Of a stretch of 64,000 bases of DNA, positions 1 to 12,329 are shown in pieces. This DNA comes from Octopus vulgaris (lineage: Eukaryota), in the NCBI GenBank assembly GCA_951406725.2, contig OX597825.1, forward strand, positions 60,946,001-61,010,000, given 5' to 3'. A program made the translations under genes and the position numbers. The notes under the pieces are model-generated. The model had not been told where the DNA came from, made no database searches, and saw only the letters and a program-made list of their open reading frames with translations. Every line of letters begins with the position of its first letter. Within the stretch, counting starts at the first letter, position 1.

Positions 1-206
1 TTCTGCTTTTTCCAGCCATTGGTCTGTGGCCATGCTGGGGCAATGCCTTGAAGAATTGTAGTTTAATGAATCAACTCCAGTTTTATTTTTGTAAGCATTG
101 TACTTATTCTATCTGTTTCCTTTGTCAAACCACTAGGTGACAGGGATGTAAACAAACCAACATTCGTTGTCAAGCAGTGGTGGAGGACAATCACAAGCAC
201 AGACAC
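1..206 (-). mobile_element. 3' half of octopus tRNA-derived SINE family with internal microsatellite (family S1), degenerate
   Basis: Alignable by eye to the complete copy at 53864-54328 (gccatgctgg..., tacttattctatc..., ttgtcaagc...) in reverse orientation; runs into a (CA)/(TACA) repeat. Confidence 0.7.
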
Positions 207-242
207 GCACACACACACACATACATGCATACACATATACAC

Positions 243-273
<31 letters not shown>

Positions 274-291
274 TATGTGTGTATATATATA

Positions 292-550
292 TTGCAGCGT
301 GGAAGGTGTTTGTAAGCCATTTAAGAAACACACAAAAACCGTTACATTCACTTCAACATTTAAATTTAATTTGCCAAAATATTTTCGTCGCTTTCAGACC
401 GCGACCTGTTCACTGACAAAAATATCGTGCTAACAGGTCGCGGTCTCAAAGCGACGAAAATATTTTCACAAATTAAATTTAAATGTTGAAGTGAATCTAA
501 CGGTTTTTGTGTGTTTCTTAAATGGCTTATAAACACCTTCAACGCTGCAA
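292..550. repeat. Long near-perfect inverted repeat (119 bp arms, 21 bp loop)
   Basis: Arm 292-410 (ttgcagcgt...gcgacctgtt) is the reverse complement of 432-550 (aacaggtcgc...acgctgcaa) with few mismatches. Confidence 0.95.
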
Positions 551-716
551 CTGTTTTCGTTCCAGCACACGATCTCAGATCAAGTCACTTGCTATGCAAG
601 TACATCTCTGTAACTATATATATATTTATATATATATATATATATGTATATTGGTAAAAACAGTAAGATAACAAAAAAGAAAGAAAGAGACCTCAATATT
701 ATGTAAATAGAGGAAA

Positions 717-1112
717 TCTTTATATATAAAAGTGAGGTTGTGTGTCTGTCTCCTACGATTTAGATTCCTAACTACTCCCACATTTTGCGGTGCAGTTTAA
801 CCAAAACCGGGTATCTTATAGTCGTGATTCATATCGAGACCGTCTGGGTATTAGCGCGCGTCTACGATGAGTCTACGATTTAAAAAAAAATTTACCATCA
901 ATTTTTCCCATTTTTAATCCATTTTTGACATATATAAGGGAAGTAACTCTCTAAAATTTATTATTAAATCTCAGAACGTAAAAAGCTACAGTAACACCCC
1001 TCCCCCTTTGTGGTTAGCCATATTGAGATGGCTATTATACTTTACATCTCTAAAAATGCTTATATAATTTATTTCCCTTACAAACCCGAGCAACGCCGGG
1101 CGATACTGCTAG
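717..1112 (+). mobile_element. Non-autonomous Helitron
   Basis: 5' TC (717), subterminal hairpin cccgagcaacgccggg, 3' CTAG (1109-1112), inserted between A and T; a second copy lies at 16824-17221. Confidence 0.9.
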
Positions 1113-1574
1113 TATATATATATACAGATGCACACGTACACTTATATACATACATGCATGTATAAAGGTGTAGAAAGAAAGAGACAAAGATGGCAAAGAT
1201 TCCTATAGATACATGCGTACATCATAAATACATGCTTCCATTGTCTGAAACAAACATATATGCCTATGTGAAGACATGTTAACTAAATTGAATTTTTCTT
1301 TTCAATTCTGCTCAATCGTTGTACGATTACTCTGCCTAAATGATAACTTAACTCGCTCTCTTTGACTATAGCAGACTTCGCATTTTGTATCTTTAACATC
1401 GATAATCTTTTTCTGAGATTCATTCTAACAGGATATGGAGATTCAGCTCGTGCCTAAGGAATCAATTTTATATTGGTTGGCCTAACATTATTCGAATTTT
1501 CGAGTACTAGGTAGAAATTCTGCGAAGCTTATATACATCCATGATAGATCGTTAGCTCTTACAGGCATTTTTTT

Positions 1575-1725
1575 CTCTCCTTGTTTTTCTCTGTGTATCT
1601 TTCTGTCGAAGAGCGTAGGCTCGAAACGTACAAGACTTTTTCTATTCCTGAGTGCTATACTAATACATTTGTTTGTTTGTACTCCACCTGCCTTCGTCTT
1701 TTGTTTATTTTCGTAAACTTTCCCT
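1575..1725 (+). mobile_element. Penelope-like pLTR remnant with degenerate hammerhead motif
   Basis: tcttt-CTGTCGA-agagc-gtag-gctc-GAAAC-GTA-caaga at 1598-1635; resembles the remnant at 5852-6062; abuts (TA)n. Confidence 0.6.
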
Positions 1726-1737
1726 TTATATATATAT

Positions 1738-2289
1738 AAGTTTGAGCCTAATAGCGCCATTTTTCTTTCTGGCTTTACAGTATAACCATGGCCACACCAC
1801 CTGCAATGTGCACCAAAGAAGAACAAAGCGCAATGATCCGAGAGATGGTAATGGCGAACCGGTTCACCATTACCATCTTTTGATCTTACTGAATCTTCTC
1901 ATCAGTGGTGGAGGTTGACGAGCGTCCTGTTCCCTCTTCGTGCGTCACGCTTGTCCGGCCACTTTTAAATTTATCGATCCACTCATACACACTTCTATAC
2001 GTTAATGCACTGTCCCCGTATTGTACTAAAAGCCTCCACTGAATTTCAGCACCTGACACACATTCCGACCACAGAAATCGGATGACTGCTCTTTATTCTT
2101 CTTTGGTGCACATTGCTAGTGAAGCTGCCATGCTTACATTGTAAAGCCAGAAAAATTGTGCAATCTGGCTCAAACTTCGATCACATGACCACAATTGCAC
2201 CAACTATAATCACGTATGCGCAGAAAGCAGTGTGACAATAGTAAATATATGCTACATTGACACTTCGGATAATTTTTGACTTCCCCTCG
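1738..2289 (-). mobile_element. Mariner-derived fold-back element with 5' transposase remnant
   Basis: Minus strand starts TA|CGAGGGGAAGTCAAAAATTATCCG (mariner-type TIR). It encodes MAASLAMCTKEE*RAVIRFLWSECVSGAEIQWRLLVQYGDSALTYRSVYEWIDKFKSGRTSVTHEEGTGRSSTST (mariner N-terminal HTH). 1738-1842 is an inverted copy of the same 5' region. Confidence 0.85.
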
Positions 2290-2296
2290 TATATAT

Positions 2297-2893
2297 ATTG
2301 TCTCAACCCCTGAAACTCGCAATAAAAGACTCCATGAACTAAAACAAATACTACTTAAAAGGCAATATCCGCTAAAGCTAATAGAACAAGACCCAGGAAT
2401 GAAACAAGCACTTGAAATACACAAAATAATCAAAAGTAAAAGACAATCACAGTCTCCCAAAAAATTCCTCACAAGTGCTAAATTACCTTCTGCAACTCCC
2501 ACACCGACAGTCAAAAACTGTGGCCACCCCACTCTTATTAAAGACAGCATACAAATTCAAATCACGACAGATTCTTACCGTAAAAATCACTTTACATATT
2601 CTTCAAGGAATTTAACATACGCAATTAAATGTAAAAGATGTAATGAAGATTACATAGGTAAAACAAATCTTACTCTAAGAAAGAGACTGACTATTCACCG
2701 ACAACAAATACGAGACCACAGTACCAGATAGATTCCACTGAACGGACACATAGACATATGTGTAGAATATAAGTCCCCCAAATTCCATGTCCTCCCATTC
2801 TATCTATATTCAGTGAATATCACAGATGGAGCAGGGATAAACAAAGAGAATACTTTCATACAAAATTACAAACCCAGATTTAATACATTTTAA
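2297..2893 (+). pseudogene. Penelope-like element C-terminal GIY-YIG endonuclease remnant
   Basis: RNLTYAIKCKRCNEDYIGKTNLTLRKRLTIHRQQIR...KENTFIQNYKPRFN*; in-frame TAG at 2729-2731; 5'-truncated. Confidence 0.88.
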
Positions 2894-3626
2894 TAAAGTA
2901 CATACACAAATAACTATTCACTTACAAAACTCATTCTACCACTTAAGATGAGGAACCTAAACAGCTAACAACCTAAACATTAACCAATTCACTAATTACA
3001 AATGACTCCTGTCTACTCTCCCACCAGATAGATTAAATTTGAAGTGACTTGATTTTAACTATGCACGTTCATTCAACCGTGTCGGCCTTCATTTTAGGCG
3101 CAAAATATACTGCTACGTGACACTAACGCAGGGACGTAGCAGGAAACGTACAAAGGGTTCTAAACTTAATCATGTGTTCATTTTCTACAAACACTTGACA
3201 GAAAACATTCTGAGCATTGATTGTTTAGTACTACCACCAGTCTTGATCAGTCAACCGTGTCACTCTTAACTTAGGACGCTAAACATTGTTACTTGACACT
3301 ATCACATGGATGTAGCGAGGAACCTTAAAAAATTTAACACCAGTCATGTGATTAACCTCTACCACTCAAACCCTATTCAAAACATATATTAATCTGAGGC
3401 ATGAACTCCCTATAAATATAAAGCAAGCTTCAACCACTAGTCAGAAGCAAAACAGCTGTGTCGTAAGCCACGTCTTTCTATATCAAATGTTTGAAAATAA
3501 GTGTAAACTATGAAACCTGTTATATCATTAATTATATTAAAATATAAAATATTTTAACTATTCTCAGGGCATTTTCAACTTTTATTTTTCCTGTATTTCT
3601 ACCCGTGTGGAATAAAATTACTTCGT
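2894..3626 (+). mobile_element. Penelope-like element 3' untranslated/pLTR region with degenerate internal duplication
   Basis: Directly follows the GIY-YIG stop; contains two diverged copies (3073-3195, 3251-3366) and decayed AAACAGCT(GT) motifs; ends in aataaa before (CT)n. Confidence 0.55.
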
Positions 3627-3645
3627 TCTCTCTCTCTCTCTCTCT

Positions 3646-3695
<50 letters not shown>

Positions 3696-5367
3696 GCATT
3701 TATGTATATGTGCACGAAATTATAATCGAAATACACACCTTGATAAATTGACAAGTTTTTATTCGTTATTGTTGGACAAGTTTTCGGATTTTAATGACCT
3801 CATCGTACAATTTTACTATTCGGTGAAAAAGTTAATTCCAAAAGTTGCTTTGCACTTCCTTTCTATCTTCATTTGTATGTGTTTATATTTATAAGTATGT
3901 GTATGTGCGTGTGTGTGTGTGTGTTTATGTTTGTGTACTGTGAATTTTTTTTTCTGTTTCACATAGCAGATCACAAATTCTTTCTTTTAAATTTCTACAC
4001 AGATGTAAATTTTCCTGATAATTTCGAAAGACGTAACAATGTTTTCATGAAATTTAAACTCAAGAGGTTACAAATCTTTAAAAGCTGAAATGTCTTTTGA
4101 ATCCCTGCCAGACGTGATCAAGTTGAACGTCCGAGCTATATATTCTGATAGCAACATACTGAAGTAACATTACCGAGCATTGAAATGAAACAAATTTAAA
4201 TCAATGTTGAGAAGTAAGGAATTGAGAGTGTATGTGAGTTTGTGTATATATTATAAGCAAAGTCACTTCAACAGTATTGCAACTCGCTTCCCGAGGAGAG
4301 AAATGTAATGGAACTCTGATATATGCAACCATAGCATCAACAGATTAGAATTGGCCCTTCTTCAAGAGCCATGTGCTATGCCACATTCCGGGATCCTTTA
4401 AGTATTGTCATAGCGCACGACAGTACAGATTATTACCTATCGTTTGTGTGGTGCTGTTTGATTTTCCAAATCGTAAATAGGTACTATGTTTCAGAGATTG
4501 TATTGTAGAATTGAGAAACCTGCGGAGCACTTTGACAACACAGCAGGATACAATGTGTTATTTACAACATAAGCATATATTAATGAGGACTAGACTTTTT
4601 CACCAAATGAAAATTTCCGTTGTTTGTAGAAGAATTCTATAGTACTGTAAGAAACAGGTTGTAACGAATTTGCGTCCCTTACTGCCAGATATGCAGTGGG
4701 CCAATAATTGGCCTTCGGGGCATAGAAACAGTGATTCTTTTGTTCACTGAAAGGAAAAAATTGTAATTTATAATTTAAAATTTAAATTGGTATCTTCCAT
4801 CTATACAAATAAAAATTTAACACTAATCCTTTTGACCACCAAAATCAACCTTCTACATCTCAAATATGGAATGCAGGTTAAAGTACTGTTTACACAAACT
4901 TGTCATGGATTACCAAGATAAATTTAACAAGGATATATATATATACAAACTCAAAATTTTCCTACCAAACTCTATCTACATAAATCAAAACCAGTCAGGG
5001 ATTAATGAGATGAAATTACGAAGGATATTTATACAAACTTTAAGTGTTATTACCAAAGTCGACCTGCATAAATCTAAACCAGTAAATTTTAATATTTTCA
5101 AAAATCCATTCTCATATATTTTTCTAATCTTAAAACAACATTTGATATATAATAAATTTTATCTTCTCCATCTTTGACGATGTGTATCAATAATGGATTC
5201 CATTATAATGATAATATTTTCGTGAAACGATCGCATTAATTAACAATTTTTTAAGCTGTCATGCTTCCTATATTTATATATATTTTTAATACAATACTAT
5301 TTTAGACATATATATCATTATGATAAATTTTGTTTGATATTGAATTTCATGCTATTATTTCAAAATA

Positions 5368-5428
<61 letters not shown>

Positions 5429-5542
5429 TATATACATATATACATACATAATTATGCATACGTATGTATACATGCATCCATCTATACATACACATATAAA
5501 TACATACATATACGTACATATATACATATATATGTATATATG

Positions 5543-5588
<46 letters not shown>

Positions 5589-5818
5589 TTTTATTCGTTT
5601 ATTTGTTTCAATCATTTGACTGCAATCATGCTGGAGCGCCGCCTTTAGTCGAACATATCGATCCCAGGACTTATTCTTTGTAAGACTAGTACTTATTCTA
5701 TCGGTGTCTTTTGCCGAACCGTTAAGCGCTGAGCGACGGGACGTTAATACGCCAACATCGGTTGTCAAGCGATGGTGTGGGGACAAACACAGACACATAA
5801 GCATCTACATACACCCCC

Positions 5819-5851
<33 letters not shown>

Positions 5852-5852
<1 letters not shown>

Positions 5853-6062
5853 GGGTTAATCCAAACATCAAAACACAAAGAGAAAACACAACAACGCGAG
5901 GACGTGGAAGAACAAATATAGTATTATTGGATGCTCAGGAAGGAAGGGAAGAAGGAGGGTTTTACGTTTCGAGCGGAGCTCTTCGTCAGAAACATAGGAA
6001 AAGGAAAGATCCAGAGAAGGGAAGACGGGGGGAAAATCGTCAACGGTACACACGCGGTCACA
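5852..6062 (-). mobile_element. Penelope-like pLTR remnant
   Basis: Foreign segment inside the SINE microsatellite carrying a hammerhead motif. Confidence 0.65.
5959..5993 (-). ncRNA. Minimal type I hammerhead ribozyme (PLE type)
   Basis: Minus strand GUUU-CUGACGA-A-GAGC-ucc-GCUC-GAAAC-GUA-AAAC: intact core, 4 bp helix I, 4 bp helix II, palindromic ACGU helix III, GUA triplet. Confidence 0.7.
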
Positions 6063-6317
6063 CGACAGCCTTTTTTCAGTTTCCGTCTACCATATCCACT
6101 CATAAGGCTTTGGTCAGCTCCAAGCTAGAGTAGAAGACACTTGCCCAAGTTGCCACACACTGGGACTGAAACCATGTGGTTGGTAAGCAACCCCCTTACC
6201 ACACAGCCACTCCTGCAGCTATATATATGTGTATATGTGTGTATGTATATATATGTATATATACATATATATATATGTCTATGTATGTATACACATGTAT
6301 ATATCTATATCCATATA

Positions 6318-6357
<40 letters not shown>

Positions 6358-6358
<1 letters not shown>

Positions 6359-8556
6359 TAGTAGAGATACCCGGCATTGCTTGGGGTTAAAATGGCATTG
6401 TATGTATATAATATATTAAAGTTAAGTTGAAACAGGCGATATGGGAAAGTGCAGCACTGACAACAAAACATTTGTGGAGTAAATTCTGGGCTAATTCGAC
6501 TAAGCAACATGCTATGCGTCTGTTTGGAGTATATCAGGTCCTAACCTGTCATGGATAATTGGAGATGGGTGTTATGTGATTTTTGAACGCACCGAAAAAC
6601 TGTCAGTGGATATATTCTCTTTCGCAACAGTCTGCGCTGTGTTTATCACGACCCAGCATCTGAAATTTTAACACCTCGTTCGGATTTGTTGTCCTACATC
6701 ACTCATAAATAAATTGGAACTGTGGTTGTTCATTTGTGGATTAAAGGGAACCAATGTGGTTATAGACTTGCCCTTGAACTTTCACGTCGGCGTAAATTCG
6801 TGTTTATCTATCTTCTTAGATGCACCAAACGACGTCATTTGAAATGCAGAGTTGTACTGTCTGATATTCTTCAGAAAATCCTTTGACTGGATGGAAGTGC
6901 TTTCTAGAAGATCCATAAGAGGTTGAAAAGGAGCTGGTTGTACTGGCAATGCTACCTGACCGCCTGAGCAGCACATACAATTTGTTTCATTTGCAACGAC
7001 AATTTGTGTTTAGCACACCAATTTGGACAGAGTTATCATTTTTATAATAATGGGATGGATCATATCTGAAAACAGTTTCGGGAGTTGGGAAGAACGAATT
7101 TGTACGTAGACTGTTTCTGTGAGCTATTCTACTGGACCTCTGTCTAGTCATTTTGCTGATCTTGAGAAAATCTCATCTCTCTTCAGTCTCTTGCTTTTTG
7201 GTTTTCTACAATCCTCCTTGCTTCCTACTTGTTTCTGGAGATATTACGTCTTTTCTGTGTTTCTCCTGATCCTTCCGTAAAACTTTATTTGAAGAGAGCA
7301 GAGATTGAAAGAGAAAGCGAAAAGGACAGAAAAAGAAGGTGAAAAACGTATGTACGTCTATATGAAATGGACGCGCATGTGTGTGTGTGTGTGCGCGCGT
7401 GCGTGCGCTTATGTTTGTGAGAGAGAAAGAGAGTGAAAAAGAGAGATAGAGTGAGTGAAGGTGTGTGTCGTGATGATTGATGTCTTTTATAGTACACACA
7501 CATATAGAATATGTGACGTCATCGTATAACATGTTTACGATAGTTGATTTATGGAAAAGATCATAATGTTAAATTTTTGAAATGCAAGTATGTGAATGCA
7601 AATTAAGTTTAATTTGTAGCCGAAATAGTACTGAATCTTTTGATAGCCCACACATCAAAATCTTTAATTCGCTTTTGGAATGCTTAAGGAATATATATAG
7701 GACAGACTTCTTTCAAACTGAAAGTATTATCTCACCTTACAATAGAGACGTAATACTGAAATAGTGTAAGAGATAAGAGATTGCTCTGAGCTTGTATTAG
7801 GCAAGAACTTGGAAATTTATTTCGCCCATGACACTGCATGGACCTTGGCTTTTGTATTTGACAGCTGTTACTTTAAGTATTTTATTTCAAATTTATGTAT
7901 ATATGTATGTATATATGTATGTATATATGTATGTATGAGCCAATGAGAAAGACCTCTACATGGTAGCTAGACCTGGTAGAAATAGCATCCAAATCTCCCT
8001 CAAAGCACCCTACTGTTTTAATCCGACAATTCTGCCTATTATGTAGTTTGAATGACAAACTGTAACTAAAGATTAAGATAATTAACCCCAAAATTGGACG
8101 GTGTTAAGTAGTGAAGATGTTTGGTGATTGCATGTGGTGGTTACTTTTGACTGTTTCTTCTCAATAAGGATAACTGATTGATAACGAATCTTAACATAAT
8201 ATATATACAACCTCAAGTAGAATTGAACATCATAAGAGAGACAGAGAGAGGAAAGAAGAGACAGCATAGCGACGATTTGGGCTGACTGTCATCCTGTACT
8301 CCCCTTGCTGCTAACGAAATGGTATGTGCCGGCTGTCTGAGCAAACACGTTGCTTTTAATGGCGGAACAAAGAGGACAAAAAAACTTCAAAAATAAAGAT
8401 TCTCACTTTTAAACTAACAATTTTGAAAATCGTTTTAGATCACGGAACGTTCCGCTCTCTCATCTATCTATGTTTAAAATTTCAGCGCAATCGGATGAAC
8501 AACACTCGAGTTACAAGCGCACAAACAGACAGACTGAACAGATTTTATATATATAA
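6358..8556 (-). mobile_element. Internally deleted Helitron with Rep-helicase remnants
   Basis: 3' CTAG at 6358-6361 preceded (minus strand) by hairpin ccccaagcaatgccggg; Helitron-like 5' end tatatataaaatctgttcagtctgtctg near 8556 (TC not conserved); left end firm, right end inferred. Confidence 0.65.
6430..7030 (-). pseudogene. Helitron Rep/helicase N-terminal fragment
   Basis: MCCSGGQVALP...LMDLL...SKDFLKNIRQYNSAFQMTSFGA followed by KVQGQVYNHIGSL, the conserved pre-Rep motifs of Helitron transposases; disrupted by stops. Confidence 0.88.
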
Positions 8557-8566
8557 TACATACACA

Positions 8567-8621
<55 letters not shown>

Positions 8622-8626
8622 ACACA

Positions 8627-10217
8627 CACTATGTTTTCTTTTATTAAGTAGATCAATCATTTTTCAAAAATCAAAACCCCTTGTCCGATTTTCCTAAACC
8701 TTTTACGGGATATGTAGGATTATGTATCCCATGTCTCATGTAAGTTTCGTCTAAATTGGTACACACTTAAAGAGGAAATGAAGAAAAACACGTTTATAGG
8801 GTGTTTCTTTTTATAATCCAAGTTAACACGATACGCCTTTCCCCCATGTAATATGTGAGTTTGAAATGTTTTTTCTTAATTTCAGATACGGGAAATATAG
8901 AAATGGGTCGAAGTAAAGATATAACATCAAAGGAGACGAAAGAAATACTGAAACTACCGGGAGAAGGGGATACAAGAATTGCAATTTCTAAAACGCTAAA
9001 GATCACAGAGCAATAATAAGAAAAAAAACAGGTACAAATCGTAGAGAAAGTAAGAATATGGCAGAAAACGGGTTTCAAGAACATCAAAAATAGAGATAAG
9101 AGAAAACTCAAAAGAATTATCTGCAAGAAAAGTGGGTTAACCAGCAAACAAATCTTTGAAGAAGCAGGAATCTCTAACATACAAAGGAAAAAACGTTGCA
9201 CAATACTAAAAGAAATAGGCAAAGTCATAAATTTGGCCAAATTGCTTCCTTTAAATAAAGAACATAAAGGGAAAAAAAGAGTGATGTGAGTAAAAAGATA
9301 TATGAAGACTTTACAAACGTAATTTTTTCCTGATGAGTCAAAGCAACATTACATAACCTGATATATGGGCAAGAGGCTGGGTGTTACACGAAAAAAGTCA
9401 ACCAACACGATTAAGAAGACAGCAGGGTGGTGGAAGAATCATATTTTGGCTGATATAGATGGAGGAGACATTATAGATCCATTTAAGATTGTTGATGAGT
9501 TCAAAATGAATGCTGAAAATTATTGCAAGTTTCTAGATGACAACTTCTTCCATTGGTACAAGTCAACATCGCGAAGTTTCAAGTTAAAGTAATTCCCCTT
9601 CACCCTCTGCTAAATTCACTATTAACCATTTAGCTAAGAAAGGTTTCAAAGAACATAAGATGATGGAATGCCCCCCGCCCTCGATCTCCATATATAAAAC
9701 CCAATAGAGAATTTGTAGTCAATTATTAATAAAGCTGTATGTATATTCTAATGATAAACAATATCCGAACAAAGATTTACTATGTGAAGCATTAAAATCT
9801 GCTGCACGAAATATTAAAAGAGAAATTGATACAAACAGTTGATGAGAGAATATTTAAAATTACAGATAGTAAAGGAGGCTATATAAAGATGTAAAATATA
9901 TGAATAATTGTTTGTAAATATAATTATATGGTGGAAGATATACGTGTATATTAATGGTCTGGTTATGTATTTTGTTCTATATGTAAATCACGTTAGCTTG
10001 CATTCTGAAAAGCAGTTAACTTGCATAATGAAAAGAAACGACATATAAACGTGTTTTTCTTAATTTCCGCTTTAAATTTGTACTGATTTAGACGAAAAGT
10101 AGAGAAGACATAGGATAAATAAGTTTACATATCCTGTAAAAATTTCAAGAAAATCGGACAAAGGGTTTTGATTTTATTGAGGAATGGTTGACCTGCATAG
10201 TAAAAAGAAAAATAATG
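8627..10217 (+). mobile_element. Tc1-like DNA transposon, full length but decayed, with ~170 bp TIRs
   Basis: Diverged inverted repeats 8627-8798 and 10046-10217, right end followed by TA; encloses a transposase relic. Confidence 0.9.
8903..9894 (+). pseudogene. Tc1 transposase pseudogene
   Basis: MGRSKDITSKE start, VIFPDES, QQGGGRIIFW, MNAENYCKFL, decayed PPxSP...PIENL motif, ends GGYIKM*; many frameshifts and stops. Confidence 0.88.
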
Positions 10218-10682
10218 TATATATACATATATATTTATTCCTATCTAAAAGAGACCGATAACATAACAGCCACATTTTCATGTAACATTATACAATAGAA
10301 AATAGCATTTTAATATTGGACAAATACATTTAGTCAGTTGAGTTGGTGTGACGAAGCTCCTTCATCGAAATATTTACAGATTTAATTCAGATGTTTTCGT
10401 AATTGTGAATGCGTGTACAGATTTTCGTCCTTACCAAATGGAAAAATTGGATTTTTGAAAGGAAAATTAAACACTGGAGCAATACTGACATTAGAGCAAA
10501 AGAATAAACTTAAAAACCAGTTATGAATATTATGACATTTTCTCTCGATTTTTCATTTGTTTATGGCATGTTTATGTATGATATTGTCAAAGAAAACACA
10601 TGGTTTTGATAATACACGAGTAGTGACAATAGGATTGGTTTTTCAGGAAATCATGAACGGAAAGGAAAAAGAATGGTACAAA

Positions 10683-10713
<31 letters not shown>

Positions 10714-11733
10714 GCAATAAATTATAATAAAAAATAATAATGTTTAAAAAATTGGCATTAATTGAAAAGAATATAAAACTTTCAGATGATATGCCTGGAA
10801 GGAAAACCGCATTTATTAGAGACCTCTTAATGTTGGCAGTTATAGCTGTGAAAACAAGAATAATTCACTTCAGAGATATTTTTCTCGTAATTATCGAAGA
10901 TATTCCCTCGACAAACAAGCATAGAGCATGAGATTTGCATTAAAATTTTGCCAAAAATAGGTCACATATTCTCAGTTAGTAAAAAAATATTGATCTGTCC
11001 ATTTTTCTATGATGTGTTGTGTATTAACTGAATTCACGAAACAGCTAGGTTTAGCCACAGTATTGCAATTCCCTATTCATCTTCCTCAAAGTAGAATAAA
11101 ATACAAATACCAGATCGTTATGGGAGTGTTATTTTATTAATGGCAATGAAGTAATGTATTCATTACATGCCAGTATGACAGGTACATTCATAATTCCAAT
11201 GAGCTACACAGTTGAAAATTTTCTAGCTCACGTTTTCTTACAAATGAATTTCAAAATCCCCCAGCAAATGTCTTTATAATGAATTCCCAAAAGAGAAACA
11301 ACGCAAATATATTGAAATTAAATTTGACTCAAAGATCAAAGAAATTAAGATAATAGCATGCCATTATGAAGGTCCAGTGCAATTTAACAGATTATACAAG
11401 CTTCAATATTTTTCTCATAATTTTTTTCTCTTTTCGTTTTTTACGCTCCTTCTGTGTTACATCGATTTTGCATGCTAGCATGAGTAGTTGGGATCTAGGG
11501 CTTGCATCGGTTGTTATTATTTTTCAGCTGGTTAGCCATGCGAATGCTAAACTATTCAACTGTGCAAAACACCTCAGCTTCACTGATATTAGGTCTTTAT
11601 ACAATAACAATTGCAAAATTGTTTCTTCAAACAATTAGGATGATCAACGTCGTTGATATTATTGAAGGATTGATTATCCCAATCAAATCAAAGAACTGTG
11701 TTCCAAATCAATGTAGTCAATGGAGCTAAACCC

Positions 11734-11765
<32 letters not shown>

Positions 11766-11892
11766 TTGTGTGTGTATGTACATGTATTGATATGTATGTG
11801 TATACACAAATATAAACACACACACACAGACATATGCATAGATATATATTAATATACTCACATATATAGATATACACGCACGTATATATGTA

Positions 11893-12228
11893 AAGGCGCG
11901 TGGTTCAATAGTTAGAGCGTCGGGCTCACAATCATGAGGTAGTGAGTTCGATTCTCAGACTGGGCTACGGGTTGTGTTCTTCTGCAAGACATTTTATTTC
12001 CCTTTGTTCTAGTTCACTCAGCTGTAGAAATGAGTTGCAATATCACAGGTAACAAGCTGTATCGGCCTTTGCCTTTCCCTTAAATAACATCGGTGGCATG
12101 ATGAGGAGAGGCTGGTATGCATAGACAACTGCTGATCTTCCATAAACAACCTTGCCCGGACTTGTACCTTGGAGGGTAACTTTCTAGGTGCAATCCCATA
12201 GTCATTAACAATAGAAAAGGATCTTTAC
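11893..12228 (+). mobile_element. tRNA-derived SINE (family S3)
   Basis: A-box-like tggttcaatagtt, B-box gagttcgattc, body agttcactcagctgtagaaatgag; body recurs inverted at 60670-60880. Confidence 0.8.
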
Positions 12229-12261
12229 TGTGATATCTATCTATCTATCTGTATCTATCTA

Positions 12262-12316
<55 letters not shown>

Positions 12317-12329
12317 ATATATATATATA

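Larger units (their letters stand above)
5586..6215 (-). mobile_element. SINE family S1, interrupted in its internal (TA)n by a Penelope pLTR remnant
   Basis: 3' half 5586-5800 and tRNA-like head 6063-6215 (minus strand A-box TGGCTGTGTGG, B-box-like GGTTTCAGTCCC) match 53864-54328. Confidence 0.85.

Noticed and set aside
4866-5177. 103 aa ORF, possibly a very decayed Penelope fragment
   Set aside because: No convincing GIY-YIG or RT motif could be read.
11893-11965. tRNA genes at SINE heads (also 12930, 14053, 41750-41822, 53864)
   Set aside because: A and B boxes are present but there is no complete cloverleaf or acceptor stem, and each continues into a SINE body.
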